Positions 29,574 through 38,424 of a stretch of DNA of 49,206 bases are shown in pieces. Numbering within the stretch: position 1 is the first letter of the stretch; each line of letters starts with the position of its first letter. The position numbers and the translations under genes are program-made. The notes under the pieces were generated by a model. The model did no database searches. It had not been told where the DNA came from and saw only the letters and a program-made list of their open reading frames with translations. This DNA is from an uncultured Phycisphaerales bacterium (GTDB lineage: Bacteria > Planctomycetota > Phycisphaerae > Phycisphaerales > SM1A02): NCBI GenBank assembly GCA_938084645.1, contig CALKEP010000029.1, positions 1-49,206 of the forward strand. Reading direction: 5' to 3'.

Positions 29574-29621
29574 TCGAAGGAACAGGTTCCAGTCACGGTT
29601 CGATCCGTGAGGAAGCAGCAC

Positions 29622-30398
29622 ATGGCTGAAGCACTCGACGACAATGGATCCCTCGAGTCGACCACGGTCGGCATCTACCGGACGGCGGCCACCGTGAAGG
29701 GCGGCCGACGGTTCAGCTTCTCGGCCCTCGTGGTCGTCGGCGACCGTCAGGGCCGGGTCGGCATCGGTTTCGCGAAGGCGGGACAGGTCCCGAACGCGAT
29801 CGAGAAGGCCCAGAAGGAAGGCAAGCGGAAGCTCAACGCCTACCCGCTCCAGGACCGGACCGTCCCCCACCTCGTGGAAGGTCGATTCGGTGCCTGTCGC
29901 GTCCGACTCGTGCCGGCGTCGCCCGGTACCGGCGTCATCGCCGGAGCGAGCGTCCGCGCCATCCTCGAGATGCTCGGCATCCAGGACTGCCTCACCAAGT
30001 GCTACGGGTCGACGAACCCGAAGAACCTCGTGAAGGCCACCCTCGACGCCTTGTCACAGCTTCGACTCCGGTCGACGGTGGAGGCGCTTCGCGGCGTCGA
30101 GATCGGCGAGACCGAGGTCGAGGAGTCGGTTCGACGCGGCATGGCCTTCATGCCCCAGGAAGCCTCCTCCGAGCGGGCGAAGGCGCCCGTGAACACCGTC
30201 GGTGAGGATCGCCGTCGCGGCGGTCGCCGTGGTGGTGGTGGTGGTGGTGGTCGCCGAGGCGGCGGCGGTGGTGGTGGCCGGGGTGGTTCCGGTGGCGGCG
30301 CTCCCGCAGCGGCTCCGGCCGCGGCGGCTCCGGCGGCCGAAGCACCGGCCGCGGAGGCACCGAAGCCCACCGAAGGTGGTGGCGAGTCCACCGGCTGA
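29622..30398 (+). CDS. rpsE: 30S ribosomal protein S5 with Gly/Arg- and Ala/Pro-rich C-terminal extension
   Basis: VKGGRRFSFSALVVVGD, PASPGTGVIAG, GSTNPKN. Confidence 0.97.
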   Translation: MAEALDDNGSLESTTVGIYRTAATVKGGRRFSFSALVVVGDRQGRVGIGFAKAGQVPNAIEKAQKEGKRKLNAYPLQDRTVPHLVEGRFGACRVRLVPASPGTGVIAGASVRAILEMLGIQDCLTKCYGSTNPKNLVKATLDALSQLRLRSTVEALRGVEIGETEVEESVRRGMAFMPQEASSERAKAPVNTVGEDRRRGGRRGGGGGGGRRGGGGGGGRGGSGGGAPAAAPAAAAPAAEAPAAEAPKPTEGGGESTG

Positions 30399-30462
30399 TT
30401 CATTCGACACACTGATCGGCCGGACCACGCGTCCGATCGATCCGGCAGGGAGCACCCGAGCC

Positions 30463-30909
30463 ATGATGATTCACGACATCACCGCCAAGGTTGGGCGGCA
30501 CAAGCAGCGGAAGCGTATCGGTCGCGGCGACGCCAGCGGCACCGGTAAGACCTCCGGTCGAGGCCACAAGGGCATGAAGAGCCGTTCCGGCTATTCCCGC
30601 CGCGCCGGCTATGACGCGGGTGGCAAGCAGTTCTACCAGCGGTTCCCGAAGCGGGGCTTCTCGAACGCCCGCTTCCGCACCCACTATCACGTGATCAACG
30701 TGAAGGCCCTCGAGGAGCTCTGCGAAGCCGGCGAGACGGTCGACGTCGCGCTGCTCGCGAAGCGTGGGGTGGTTCGCAACACCGCCCTGGGGCTCAAGGT
30801 CCTCGGCGAGGGCGAACTGAGCAAGAAGCTCGACGTGAAGGCGGCGAAGTTCTCCGCCTCCGCCAAGCAGAAGATCGAGGCCGCGGGTGGCACCGCGGTC
30901 GAGTGCTGA
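30463..30909 (+). CDS. rplO: 50S ribosomal protein L15
   Basis: RKRIGRG, GKTSGRGHKG, PKRGF, KVLGEG, AKQKIEAAGG. Confidence 0.97.
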   Translation: MMIHDITAKVGRHKQRKRIGRGDASGTGKTSGRGHKGMKSRSGYSRRAGYDAGGKQFYQRFPKRGFSNARFRTHYHVINVKALEELCEAGETVDVALLAKRGVVRNTALGLKVLGEGELSKKLDVKAAKFSASAKQKIEAAGGTAVEC

Positions 30910-30940
30910 TTCCTTCGACCGAACCGACTCCGGACCACCG

Positions 30941-32353
30941 ATGCTCAACGCGTTCCTGAACATCTTCCGAATCCCCGACCTGCGCAACAAGGTGCTCTTC
31001 ACCCTGGGCATGCTGGTCATCTATCGGATCGGATTCTGGGTTCCGCTCATCGGCGTCGATCAGACGCAGCTGGCGGAGTCCGCGGCCAAGGCCACGCAGG
31101 ATGAATCCGGCTTCGGTCGGATTGCGCAGTTCGCCTCCATCTTCTCCGGCGGCTCGCTGAGCCAGTCGACGATCTTCGGCCTCGGCATCATGCCGTACAT
31201 CACGGCGTCGATCATCTTCCAGCTCCTGAACTCGGTGCTCCCGGGCCTCCAGGAACTGAAGAAGGAGGGGGCCAGCGGACAGCAGAAGATCCAGGAGTGG
31301 ACGCGATACGCGACGGTGGGTCTCTGCATCGTCCAGGCCGTGATGTGGCTCTCGTACCTCCGATCCAGCAATCTCGTGCAGCCGCAGTTCCTCGCGGGCG
31401 GCTCGAGCATGATCTTCTTCGCATCCGGCATCGTCGGGCTCACCGCCGGCAGCATCTTCCTGATGTGGCTTGGCGAGCAGATCGACAAGTACGGGATCGG
31501 CAACGGCGTCTCGGTCATCCTGACCGCGGGCATCCTCGCCCGGCTTCCGGAGGCGATCAGCTGGATCATCTCCGAATTCGACCCCAGCCAGCAGAACGAC
31601 ACCGGTGGCATCGGACTGCTCGAGGTCATCTTCCTGGCGTCCTCGTTCGTCCTGGTCACCGCGGGGGCGATCCTGATCACCGTCGCGCAGCGGCGGATCC
31701 CGATCCAGCAGGCCAAGCACACCCGCGACGGACGCAAGGTCGTCGGCGGACAGCGTCACTACCTCCCGCTGCGGATCAACCACGCGGGCGTGATGCCGAT
31801 CATCTTCGCGAGTTCGCTGATGATCTTCCCGTCCTCCATCTTCGGATGGCTCAACACCCGCGCCTCGCAGGGCGGCGGCGCGGACTGGTGGATGGCGACG
31901 ACCGGATTCCTCGCGGACAACTTCCAGATCGGGGCGTATCCGTACGTGATCTTCGAGATCATCCTGATCTACTTCTTCAGCTACTTCTGGACCACGGTCC
32001 AGTTCTCCCCGGACGACATGAGCAAGCAGCTGAAGCAGTACGGCTCGTTCATTCCCGGCATCCGTCCCGGACCTCGGACCGCCGAGTACCTCGAGACGGT
32101 GATGGAACGAATCACCTACGTCGGCGCCGGGTTCCTCGCGATCATCGCGATCATCCCGACCATGATCGCGGAACGACTGCAGATCCCGTTCTTCGTCGCC
32201 AGCTTCCTCGGCGGCACCGGACTGCTCATCGTGGTCAGCGTCGGACTCGACATCATCCAGCGCATCGAGGCCAATCTCCTCATGCGGAACTACGCGGGCT
32301 TCCTCTCCGGTGACGGCAAGGGTGGCTCGAAGATCAAGAGCCGCCGCGGCTGA
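30941..32353 (+). CDS. secY: Preprotein translocase subunit SecY
   Basis: LGIMPYITASII, WLGEQI...GIGNGVS, AGVMPIIFA, FIPGIRPG, GGTGLLIVV; multiple TM helices. Confidence 0.98.
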   Translation: MLNAFLNIFRIPDLRNKVLFTLGMLVIYRIGFWVPLIGVDQTQLAESAAKATQDESGFGRIAQFASIFSGGSLSQSTIFGLGIMPYITASIIFQLLNSVLPGLQELKKEGASGQQKIQEWTRYATVGLCIVQAVMWLSYLRSSNLVQPQFLAGGSSMIFFASGIVGLTAGSIFLMWLGEQIDKYGIGNGVSVILTAGILARLPEAISWIISEFDPSQQNDTGGIGLLEVIFLASSFVLVTAGAILITVAQRRIPIQQAKHTRDGRKVVGGQRHYLPLRINHAGVMPIIFASSLMIFPSSIFGWLNTRASQGGGADWWMATTGFLADNFQIGAYPYVIFEIILIYFFSYFWTTVQFSPDDMSKQLKQYGSFIPGIRPGPRTAEYLETVMERITYVGAGFLAIIAIIPTMIAERLQIPFFVASFLGGTGLLIVVSVGLDIIQRIEANLLMRNYAGFLSGDGKGGSKIKSRRG

Positions 32354-32374
32354 TCCGGCGAAACCGAACCAACC

Positions 32375-33301
32375 ATGATCCGACCCGTCCCATCACGAAT
32401 CGAACTGAACGACGCCACGCGTCGGTCGTCGTCGATCGCGATTCGGTCGGACGCGGATGTGGCGGGGATCGCGGCCTGCGGCGACGTCGTGGCCCGTGCC
32501 CTGGAGGCGGCCCGCGCCGCCTGCATCATCGGCAACCGGACCTCGGATGTCGCCACGGCGGTCGAGGACGTGCTGCTCGGCGCCGGTGCCGAACCGCTCT
32601 TCGTGGGGCAGCCCGCGGACGAGACGGATGCCGGCCGGCCCTTCCCGGCGGTGGCCTGCGTGAGCGTCGACGACGAGGTGATCCACGGCATTCCCGGCGA
32701 CCGACGCCTGCAGGGCGGCGAAATCGTCTCCATCGACTGCGGCGCCCGCCTCGAGGGCTGGTGCGCCGATGCGGCGATCTCGGTCCCGGTGGGGGCGGTC
32801 ACCGCCGATCGCCTCGAACTCCTCGAAGCGACCCGCACGGTGCTCGACACCGCGGTCGATCTGATCCGCCCCGGCCGACGCTGGAGCGAGATCGCACGGA
32901 TTCTTCAGGAACTCGCGCTCGATGCCGGGTACGGTGTTCTGGACGATTTCACGGGGCACGGCATCGGACGGGATCTCCATGAGTTCCCCGCGGTGCCGAC
33001 CCATCTCACGCGAGGCCTCGCCGGCCGGGGTGACTTCACCCTTCGCCGGGGCATGGTCCTCGCGATCGAGCCGATTCTGGTCCTCGTCGGATCGGTTTCC
33101 GGCGCCGCGGTACGCGGCGACGGAACCGCCTGCGGGGTCCCGGTCGAAACGGCCGCCGACGGCTGGACGGTGCGAACCGTCGATGCCGCGGTCGCCGCCC
33201 ACTTCGAGCACACGGTGGCCGTCGGCCGCTCGGGTGCGACCATCCTCACCTCCTCGGCCGCTCGGGTCGAGGATTCACGCCTTGCTCCGGCGGTCGCCTG
33301 A
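32375..33301 (+). CDS. map: Type I methionine aminopeptidase
   Basis: IHGIP, IDCG, ADAA, GHGIG..LHE, AIEP, HFEHTV: all five metal ligands present. Confidence 0.93.
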   Translation: MIRPVPSRIELNDATRRSSSIAIRSDADVAGIAACGDVVARALEAARAACIIGNRTSDVATAVEDVLLGAGAEPLFVGQPADETDAGRPFPAVACVSVDDEVIHGIPGDRRLQGGEIVSIDCGARLEGWCADAAISVPVGAVTADRLELLEATRTVLDTAVDLIRPGRRWSEIARILQELALDAGYGVLDDFTGHGIGRDLHEFPAVPTHLTRGLAGRGDFTLRRGMVLAIEPILVLVGSVSGAAVRGDGTACGVPVETAADGWTVRTVDAAVAAHFEHTVAVGRSGATILTSSAARVEDSRLAPAVA

Positions 33302-33338
33302 CCTCCGGAACCCGACCACCCAGGAACGATCACTCCAT

Positions 33339-33554
33339 ATGGCCAAAGAGGACAAAATCACACTTGATGCGGAAGTCGTGGAAGCACTTCCCGATGCCCG
33401 CTTCAAGGTGCGTCTCGAGAACGGCCAGGAACTTCTCGCCTACGTCAGCGGGAAGATGAGAAAGTTCTTCATCCGGATCCTTCCGGGTGACCGGGTGACC
33501 GTCGAAATGAGTCCTTACGACCTGACCAAGGGTCGAATCACGTATCGCCACTAG
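33339..33554 (+). CDS. infA: Translation initiation factor IF-1
   Basis: [36 protein letters not shown]. Confidence 0.98.
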   Translation: MAKEDKITLDAEVVEALPDARFKVRLENGQELLAYVSGKMRKFFIRILPGDRVTVEMSPYDLTKGRITYRH

Positions 33555-33584
33555 TCCTCAAACACGAAACAGCAGGAACCAGCC

Positions 33585-33701
33585 ATGAAGGTTCGCAGCA
33601 GCATCAAACGTCGCACCAAAGACTGCCAGATCGTGATCCGCAAGGGAAAGCGGTTCGTGATCAACAAGAAGAATCCCCGTCTCAAGCAACGGCAGGGCTG
33701 A
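33585..33701 (+). CDS. rpmJ: 50S ribosomal protein L36, zinc-free type (38 aa; not in the ORF track)
   Basis: Manual translation [42 protein letters not shown] upstream; canonical position. Confidence 0.96.
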   Translation: MKVRSSIKRRTKDCQIVIRKGKRFVINKKNPRLKQRQG

Positions 33702-33732
33702 CCCGCCGCCGTCCGATTTCAGGAGCAATCGC

Positions 33733-34110
33733 ATGCCACGTCTCGCCGGCGTCGACATTCCGGAACGTAAGAAGATCCTCTACTCGCTGCAGTACATCCA
33801 CGGCATCGGGAAGAAGTATGCCGCGGACATCTGCGAGCAGACGGGGATCGATCCCGACCGGATCGCCAAGGATCTCAACGACGAGGAACTCTCGTCGATC
33901 AACGCCCTCCTCGACACGAGCTTCGTGGTCGAGGGTGCCCTGCGACGCCAGGTGTCGCAGGACGTCCAGCGGCTCAAGGACATCCGGTCCTACCGCGGCG
34001 AGCGTCATCGTCGGGGCCTGCCCGTCCACGGACAGCGGACCCGATGCAACGCCCGCACCCGGAAGGGCCGCAAGAAGACGGTCGCCGGCAAGAAGGGCGT
34101 GAAGGGCTGA
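33733..34110 (+). CDS. rpsM: 30S ribosomal protein S13
   Basis: [40 protein letters not shown]. Confidence 0.98.
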   Translation: MPRLAGVDIPERKKILYSLQYIHGIGKKYAADICEQTGIDPDRIAKDLNDEELSSINALLDTSFVVEGALRRQVSQDVQRLKDIRSYRGERHRRGLPVHGQRTRCNARTRKGRKKTVAGKKGVKG

Positions 34111-34249
34111 AGCCCGCCGCCCCCGGCCGGAGACGACTCGCGTCGTCCCCGACCGCCGGTCACCGGACACGGGGGTTCGTCTCACGATTCACACGTCCCA
34201 GCGGTCGGGCATCGGCCCGCCGACCGGACGAAGCACGAGGTTCGATTCC

Positions 34250-34624
34250 ATGGCAAGCAAGAAGAAGGTCCGTCGAAACGTGGTGAAGGGCGTCGCGCAC
34301 ATCAAGGCGACGTTCAACAACACGCTCATCACCATCACCGATCTCAACGGCGAAGCCCTCTGCCAGGACTCCGCGGGCACGGTCGGCTTCAAGGGCTCGC
34401 GCAAGTCGACGCCCTTCGCCGCCAGCCGGGCCAGCGAGAAGTGTGGTGGCAAGGCTCGTCGCATGGGCATGCGGGAGCTCGAGGTCCACGTGAAGGGCCC
34501 CGGCCCGGGTCGTGAATCCGCGGTCACCGCCCTGCAGGCCGCCGGCCTGAAGGTCGTGGCGATCGAGGACCACACCCCGATTCCGTTCAACGGCTGTCGC
34601 GCTCCCAAGCGTCGCCGCGTCTGA
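34250..34624 (+). CDS. rpsK: 30S ribosomal protein S11
   Basis: [35 protein letters not shown]. Confidence 0.98.
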   Translation: MASKKKVRRNVVKGVAHIKATFNNTLITITDLNGEALCQDSAGTVGFKGSRKSTPFAASRASEKCGGKARRMGMRELEVHVKGPGPGRESAVTALQAAGLKVVAIEDHTPIPFNGCRAPKRRRV

Positions 34625-34746
34625 TCGTCATTTTCGTGCCCGTGTCCACTGATGAGACCGGATCGTCGCCCCGGCGGGGACGATTCGGAATCGAGAACAC
34701 ACGGGTTGGTTCGACTTCGAACACCGCCGGATAGAGGAAACGAGCC

Positions 34747-35745
34747 ATGCAGGTTCGCTGGAGAGGGCTGGAACTTCCCGCCCGGGTCGAAAAGGACGCC
34801 AAGTCCGCGGCCGACAATTTCGGACGATTCACCGCCGAGCCCTTCATTCGGGGCATGGGTACGACGATCGGCAACAGCCTTCGTCGGATCCTGCTTTCGA
34901 CCATCGAAGGCGCTGCGGTCACCAAGGTGAGCATCAAGGGCGTCTCTCACGAGTTCGACACGATGGAAGGCGTCCTGCAGGACGTCACCGACATCATCCT
35001 GAACGTCAAGAACCTCGTGGTGAGCATGACCGGCGACGGTCCCAAGACCATGAAGCTCTCGGCTGAAGGCCCCGGCGACGTCACCGCCGAACTCATCGAG
35101 TGCGACACCTCGATCACCGTCCACAACCCCGAGCTCGTCATCGCGACCCTCACCGGTGCCGTCGACTTCGAGGCGGAGTTCACGGTCGAGACCGGCCGCG
35201 GCTATCGCCCCGCGAGCGAGTACTACGAGAACGGCGAGGAACAGGTCATCGGCGAGATTCCGATCGACGCGATCTTCTCGCCGGTCCAGCGCGTCCGCTT
35301 CCGCACCGAGGACGCCCGGGTCGGTCAGCGAACCGACTACGACAACCTGATCCTCGACCTCTGGACCAACGGCACCGTCTCCCCGGAGATGGCGATGGTC
35401 GAAGCGGCGAAGATCCTCCGGAAGCATCTCAACCCCTTCATCATGTACGAGGAGGCCGGTGAGGCCACCATCTCCACCGAGGTCATGGAGACCACGGCGG
35501 AGGACATGGAGATCAACCGGAAGCTCCAGCAGGGGACCAGCGACATGGATCTCTCGGTCCGGGCCAGCAACTGCCTGGAATCCGCCCAGATCCGCACCGT
35601 CGCGGAACTCGTCCAGAAGTCGGAGGAGGAGCTGCTCACGCTCCGCGCCTTCGGTCGCACCTCGCTTCGCGAGGTCGAGAAGAAGCTCGAGGAGATGGGG
35701 CTCTCCCTCGGCATGCAGGTGCCGGAAGCGTTCCGAATCTCCTGA
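34747..35745 (+). CDS. rpoA: DNA-directed RNA polymerase subunit alpha
   Basis: GTTIGNSLRRILLS, HEF, GRGY, DAIFSPV, RVGQRTDYD, CTD LSVRASNCL, FGRTSL. Confidence 0.98.
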   Translation: MQVRWRGLELPARVEKDAKSAADNFGRFTAEPFIRGMGTTIGNSLRRILLSTIEGAAVTKVSIKGVSHEFDTMEGVLQDVTDIILNVKNLVVSMTGDGPKTMKLSAEGPGDVTAELIECDTSITVHNPELVIATLTGAVDFEAEFTVETGRGYRPASEYYENGEEQVIGEIPIDAIFSPVQRVRFRTEDARVGQRTDYDNLILDLWTNGTVSPEMAMVEAAKILRKHLNPFIMYEEAGEATISTEVMETTAEDMEINRKLQQGTSDMDLSVRASNCLESAQIRTVAELVQKSEEELLTLRAFGRTSLREVEKKLEEMGLSLGMQVPEAFRIS

Positions 35746-35805
35746 TCGGCAGTCATCATGCCGCACGGGACGTCCCGTCCGGCACCAGTTTTCGAGGATC
35801 CACCG

Positions 35806-36483
35806 ATGCGTCACCGTATCTACGGCAAGCAACTCAATCGCAAGTCCGCCCACCGCACCGCCATGTTGCGGAACCTCGCGGCCGGCCTCTTCGAGCACGG
35901 TCAGATCGAGACCACGCTCCCCAAGGCCAAGGCGGTCCAGGGCTTCGCCGAGAAGCTCATCACCCTCGCGAAGACCAAGTCGCTTCACTCCCGCCGGCAG
36001 TTGGAGCGGAAGATCAACGACCGGAACATCTTCTCCTGGGCGGATGATCCGAGCTTCCCCGAGGATCGCCGGGACAACGCCTTCTTCGAGGCGCCCGACG
36101 CCTCCGAGATCAAGCGGAACCGTTTCGGTGAACTCAAGAAGTCGCCGCGACTCGTCGAGCACATGCTCGAGAAGGTCGCGCCGATGTTCGAGGGACGCGA
36201 TGGCGGCTACACCCGGATCGTGAAGCTCGACAAGCATCGGCTCGGCGACGGCACGGACCTGGTCCTGCTCATGCTGGTCGGCAACGAGGACGGCCCGCAG
36301 GTCGGGGGAGGCGTCAGCGGACGTCGTCGCCAGGCCGACAAGCGGACCGCGTTCGCCAAGAAGCTGGCCGCCGCCGGCGGTGGCACCGCCACCGAAGAGG
36401 CTCCCGCGGCGGAGGCGCCCGCCGACGCCCCGGAGCCGGAAGCCGCCGCTCCGGAAGTCGACGAGAAGACCGAGGACGCCTGA
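35806..36483 (+). CDS. rplQ: 50S ribosomal protein L17 with internal insertion and acidic tail
   Basis: [36 protein letters not shown]. Confidence 0.97.
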   Translation: MRHRIYGKQLNRKSAHRTAMLRNLAAGLFEHGQIETTLPKAKAVQGFAEKLITLAKTKSLHSRRQLERKINDRNIFSWADDPSFPEDRRDNAFFEAPDASEIKRNRFGELKKSPRLVEHMLEKVAPMFEGRDGGYTRIVKLDKHRLGDGTDLVLLMLVGNEDGPQVGGGVSGRRRQADKRTAFAKKLAAAGGGTATEEAPAAEAPADAPEPEAAAPEVDEKTEDA

Positions 36484-36524
36484 TCCCCGGCCGGGCCGTT
36501 CGCCCGAGACCCAACGTCCATTCC

Positions 36525-36558
36525 ACGAGCCCCGACCGTTCCGGTCGGGGCTCGTTTC
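36525..36558 (+). terminator. Probable terminator hairpin after rplQ
   Basis: Perfect 14-bp stem ACGAGCCCCGACCG/CGGTCGGGGCTCGT, 3-nt loop, short T run. Confidence 0.7.
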
Positions 36559-36616
36559 ATGCTCGCCGCGGGCCTTCCCGGTGATTCCCTCGCCGTCCTC
36601 GAAGTACACTGCGACG

Positions 36617-37615
36617 ATGCTCGCTCAACTCGACGAACTCCAGACCACCGCCCTCGCCGATCTCGCGGCCGCCGCCGATGCCGACGCGGTCGAAGCGTGG
36701 CGGATCGCCTATCTCGGCTCGAAGGGCCGCCTCAAGGCGATGATGCCGGGATTGAAGGACGTTTCGAAGGCCGACAAGCCCGCGGTCGGGAAGCGACTCA
36801 ACGAAGTGAAGGTCGCCCTCGAATCCGGCTTCGAGGACCGCAAGGCCGAGATCGCCTCGAGCGGGGCCGCGAGCGGACCGCAGGTCGACGTGACGCAGCC
36901 CGGGGGCGATCTGCCCGACGGTCGTCGGCACGTCCTCAGCCGGACCATCGACGAGATCGTCGACATCTTCGGTCGGATGGGTTTCACCACCGCCGAAGGC
37001 CCCGAGGTCGAGGACGAGTGGCACAACTTCACCGCCCTGAACATTCCCGCGGGTCATCCCGCCCGCGATCCGATCGACAACTTCTTCATGGGCGAGCAGG
37101 AGGGCAGTCGCACCCTGCTCCGCACCCAGACCTCGACCGTGCAGATCCGCACCCTCGAGCAGCAGAAGCCGCCGGTCCGGATCATCGCGTGCGGCCGCGT
37201 CTACCGGCCCGACACCCACGACGCGACGCACTATTCGATGTTCCACCAGGTCGAGGGCCTCTGCGTCGACCGGGGCGTGACGATGGTCGACCTCAAGACC
37301 ACGCTCTTCCAGTTCGCCCGCGCCTACTTCGGTCCGGAGGCCGAGGTCCGCATGCGACCGAGCTTCTTCCCGTTCACCGAGCCGAGCGCCGAGGTGGACA
37401 TGAAGATGAAGATCAAGGGCGAGTGGCAGTGGATCGAGATCGGTGGCTGCGGCATGGTCGATCCGAACGTGCTGGAAGCGGTGGGGGTCGACCCCGAGGA
37501 GTTCACCGGCTTCGCGTTCGGCCTCGGCATCGAACGCGTCGCGATGCGGAAGTATGGCATCAGCGACATCCGCTGGCTCTACGAGAACGACGTCCGCTTC
37601 CTCGACCAGTTCTGA
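36617..37615 (+). CDS. pheS: Phenylalanine--tRNA ligase alpha subunit
   Basis: NFTALNIPAGHPARD, LLRTQTS, GRVYR, DATH, FHQVEG, FPFTEPS, GCGMV, FAFGLGIER. Confidence 0.98.
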   Translation: MLAQLDELQTTALADLAAAADADAVEAWRIAYLGSKGRLKAMMPGLKDVSKADKPAVGKRLNEVKVALESGFEDRKAEIASSGAASGPQVDVTQPGGDLPDGRRHVLSRTIDEIVDIFGRMGFTTAEGPEVEDEWHNFTALNIPAGHPARDPIDNFFMGEQEGSRTLLRTQTSTVQIRTLEQQKPPVRIIACGRVYRPDTHDATHYSMFHQVEGLCVDRGVTMVDLKTTLFQFARAYFGPEAEVRMRPSFFPFTEPSAEVDMKMKIKGEWQWIEIGGCGMVDPNVLEAVGVDPEEFTGFAFGLGIERVAMRKYGISDIRWLYENDVRFLDQF

Positions 37616-37629
37616 TTGAGCGCTGCAGC

Positions 37630-37655
37630 AGCCCGTCGGGCTGACGGGCTTTCGT
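37630..37655 (+). terminator. Probable terminator after pheS
   Basis: Stem AGCCCGTCG/TGACGGGCT followed by TTCGT, between convergent genes. Confidence 0.55.
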
Positions 37656-37761
37656 GGTCTCGGTCGGCGCGGGGTGGACGCTCGCGTGACCACCGCGCCA
37701 GCAAGGTTGAAATCCAGGCGTCTGGTCCGTGGCCCGCTCCCGGTTCGGCTCGGATGGAGCT

Positions 37762-38295
37762 TCACGCCGCCTTGAACGAGGCCCAGAAGTACCAGCCGAG
37801 GAGCGGGAACCAGGGGACGATCGCCACCACTGCGATCAGCGGACCGACGTTGGCATTCATCCCGCCCGCGATCGCACCGCGGACGATCATGATCTCGATG
37901 AACAGAAAGAGTCCGCCGACCAGCACGCCGCACCAGCCGAGCAGCCGGTTGATCAGGCGGTACTGCACTTCGGCGTTCTCCTCGGTGATCTCGACGATGG
38001 TGTTCGAGAGCCACGGCCAGTGCTGGACGGCTCGAAGGACGACGCAGACCAGGAGGCCGATCGCGGGCATCAGGAAGATCGTGGCCGAGGGGCCGGTCGA
38101 AACGACCTGCCCGCCGCCGTTGAACTTGGTGGGAATCGTCGCGGGCAGTCCCGGGTAGTGCCAGATCGCGTAACCGATCGAGAAGAGCACGAGGTAGAGG
38201 GTGGTGACGTCGAGCACGAGGTCGACCCAGTTCCGCTCCGGTCGGATCTTCGGGCGCTTGAACTTGTTCTGGAAGATGCCGCCGAACTTGGTCAT
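37762..38295 (-). CDS. DUF1648/SdpI-like membrane protein
   Basis: Four TM segments; YPGLPATIPTKFNGGG resembles the LP..IP.HF...G motif; ITEENAEVQY. Confidence 0.7.
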   Translation of the reverse strand: MTKFGGIFQNKFKRPKIRPERNWVDLVLDVTTLYLVLFSIGYAIWHYPGLPATIPTKFNGGGQVVSTGPSATIFLMPAIGLLVCVVLRAVQHWPWLSNTIVEITEENAEVQYRLINRLLGWCGVLVGGLFLFIEIMIVRGAIAGGMNANVGPLIAVVAIVPWFPLLGWYFWASFKAA

Positions 38296-38332
38296 GCCCG
38301 GAAATGTAGCAGTCCGCCCTCGGAAACGAGCA

Positions 38333-38392
38333 CGACCCGGCCTCGGAGTCGCTCCGGGGCCGGGTCGCGTCGATGTGCGTCGATGTGCGTCG
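38333..38392. repeat. 16-bp hairpin plus adjacent 10-bp tandem repeat downstream of the binding-protein gene
   Basis: CGACCCGGCCTCGGAG/CTCCGGGGCCGGGTCG (38333-38367), then GCGTCGATGT x2 plus partial (38367-38392). Confidence 0.6.
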
Positions 38393-38424
38393 TGGTCGAA
38401 CGCCGGGCGAGGCCGGCGGTCGGA

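Noticed and set aside
34649..34700. Second CTGATGAG hammerhead-like core
   Set aside because: Followed by GAGA rather than GAAA and no stem III or cleavage triplet; better read as a plain hairpin.
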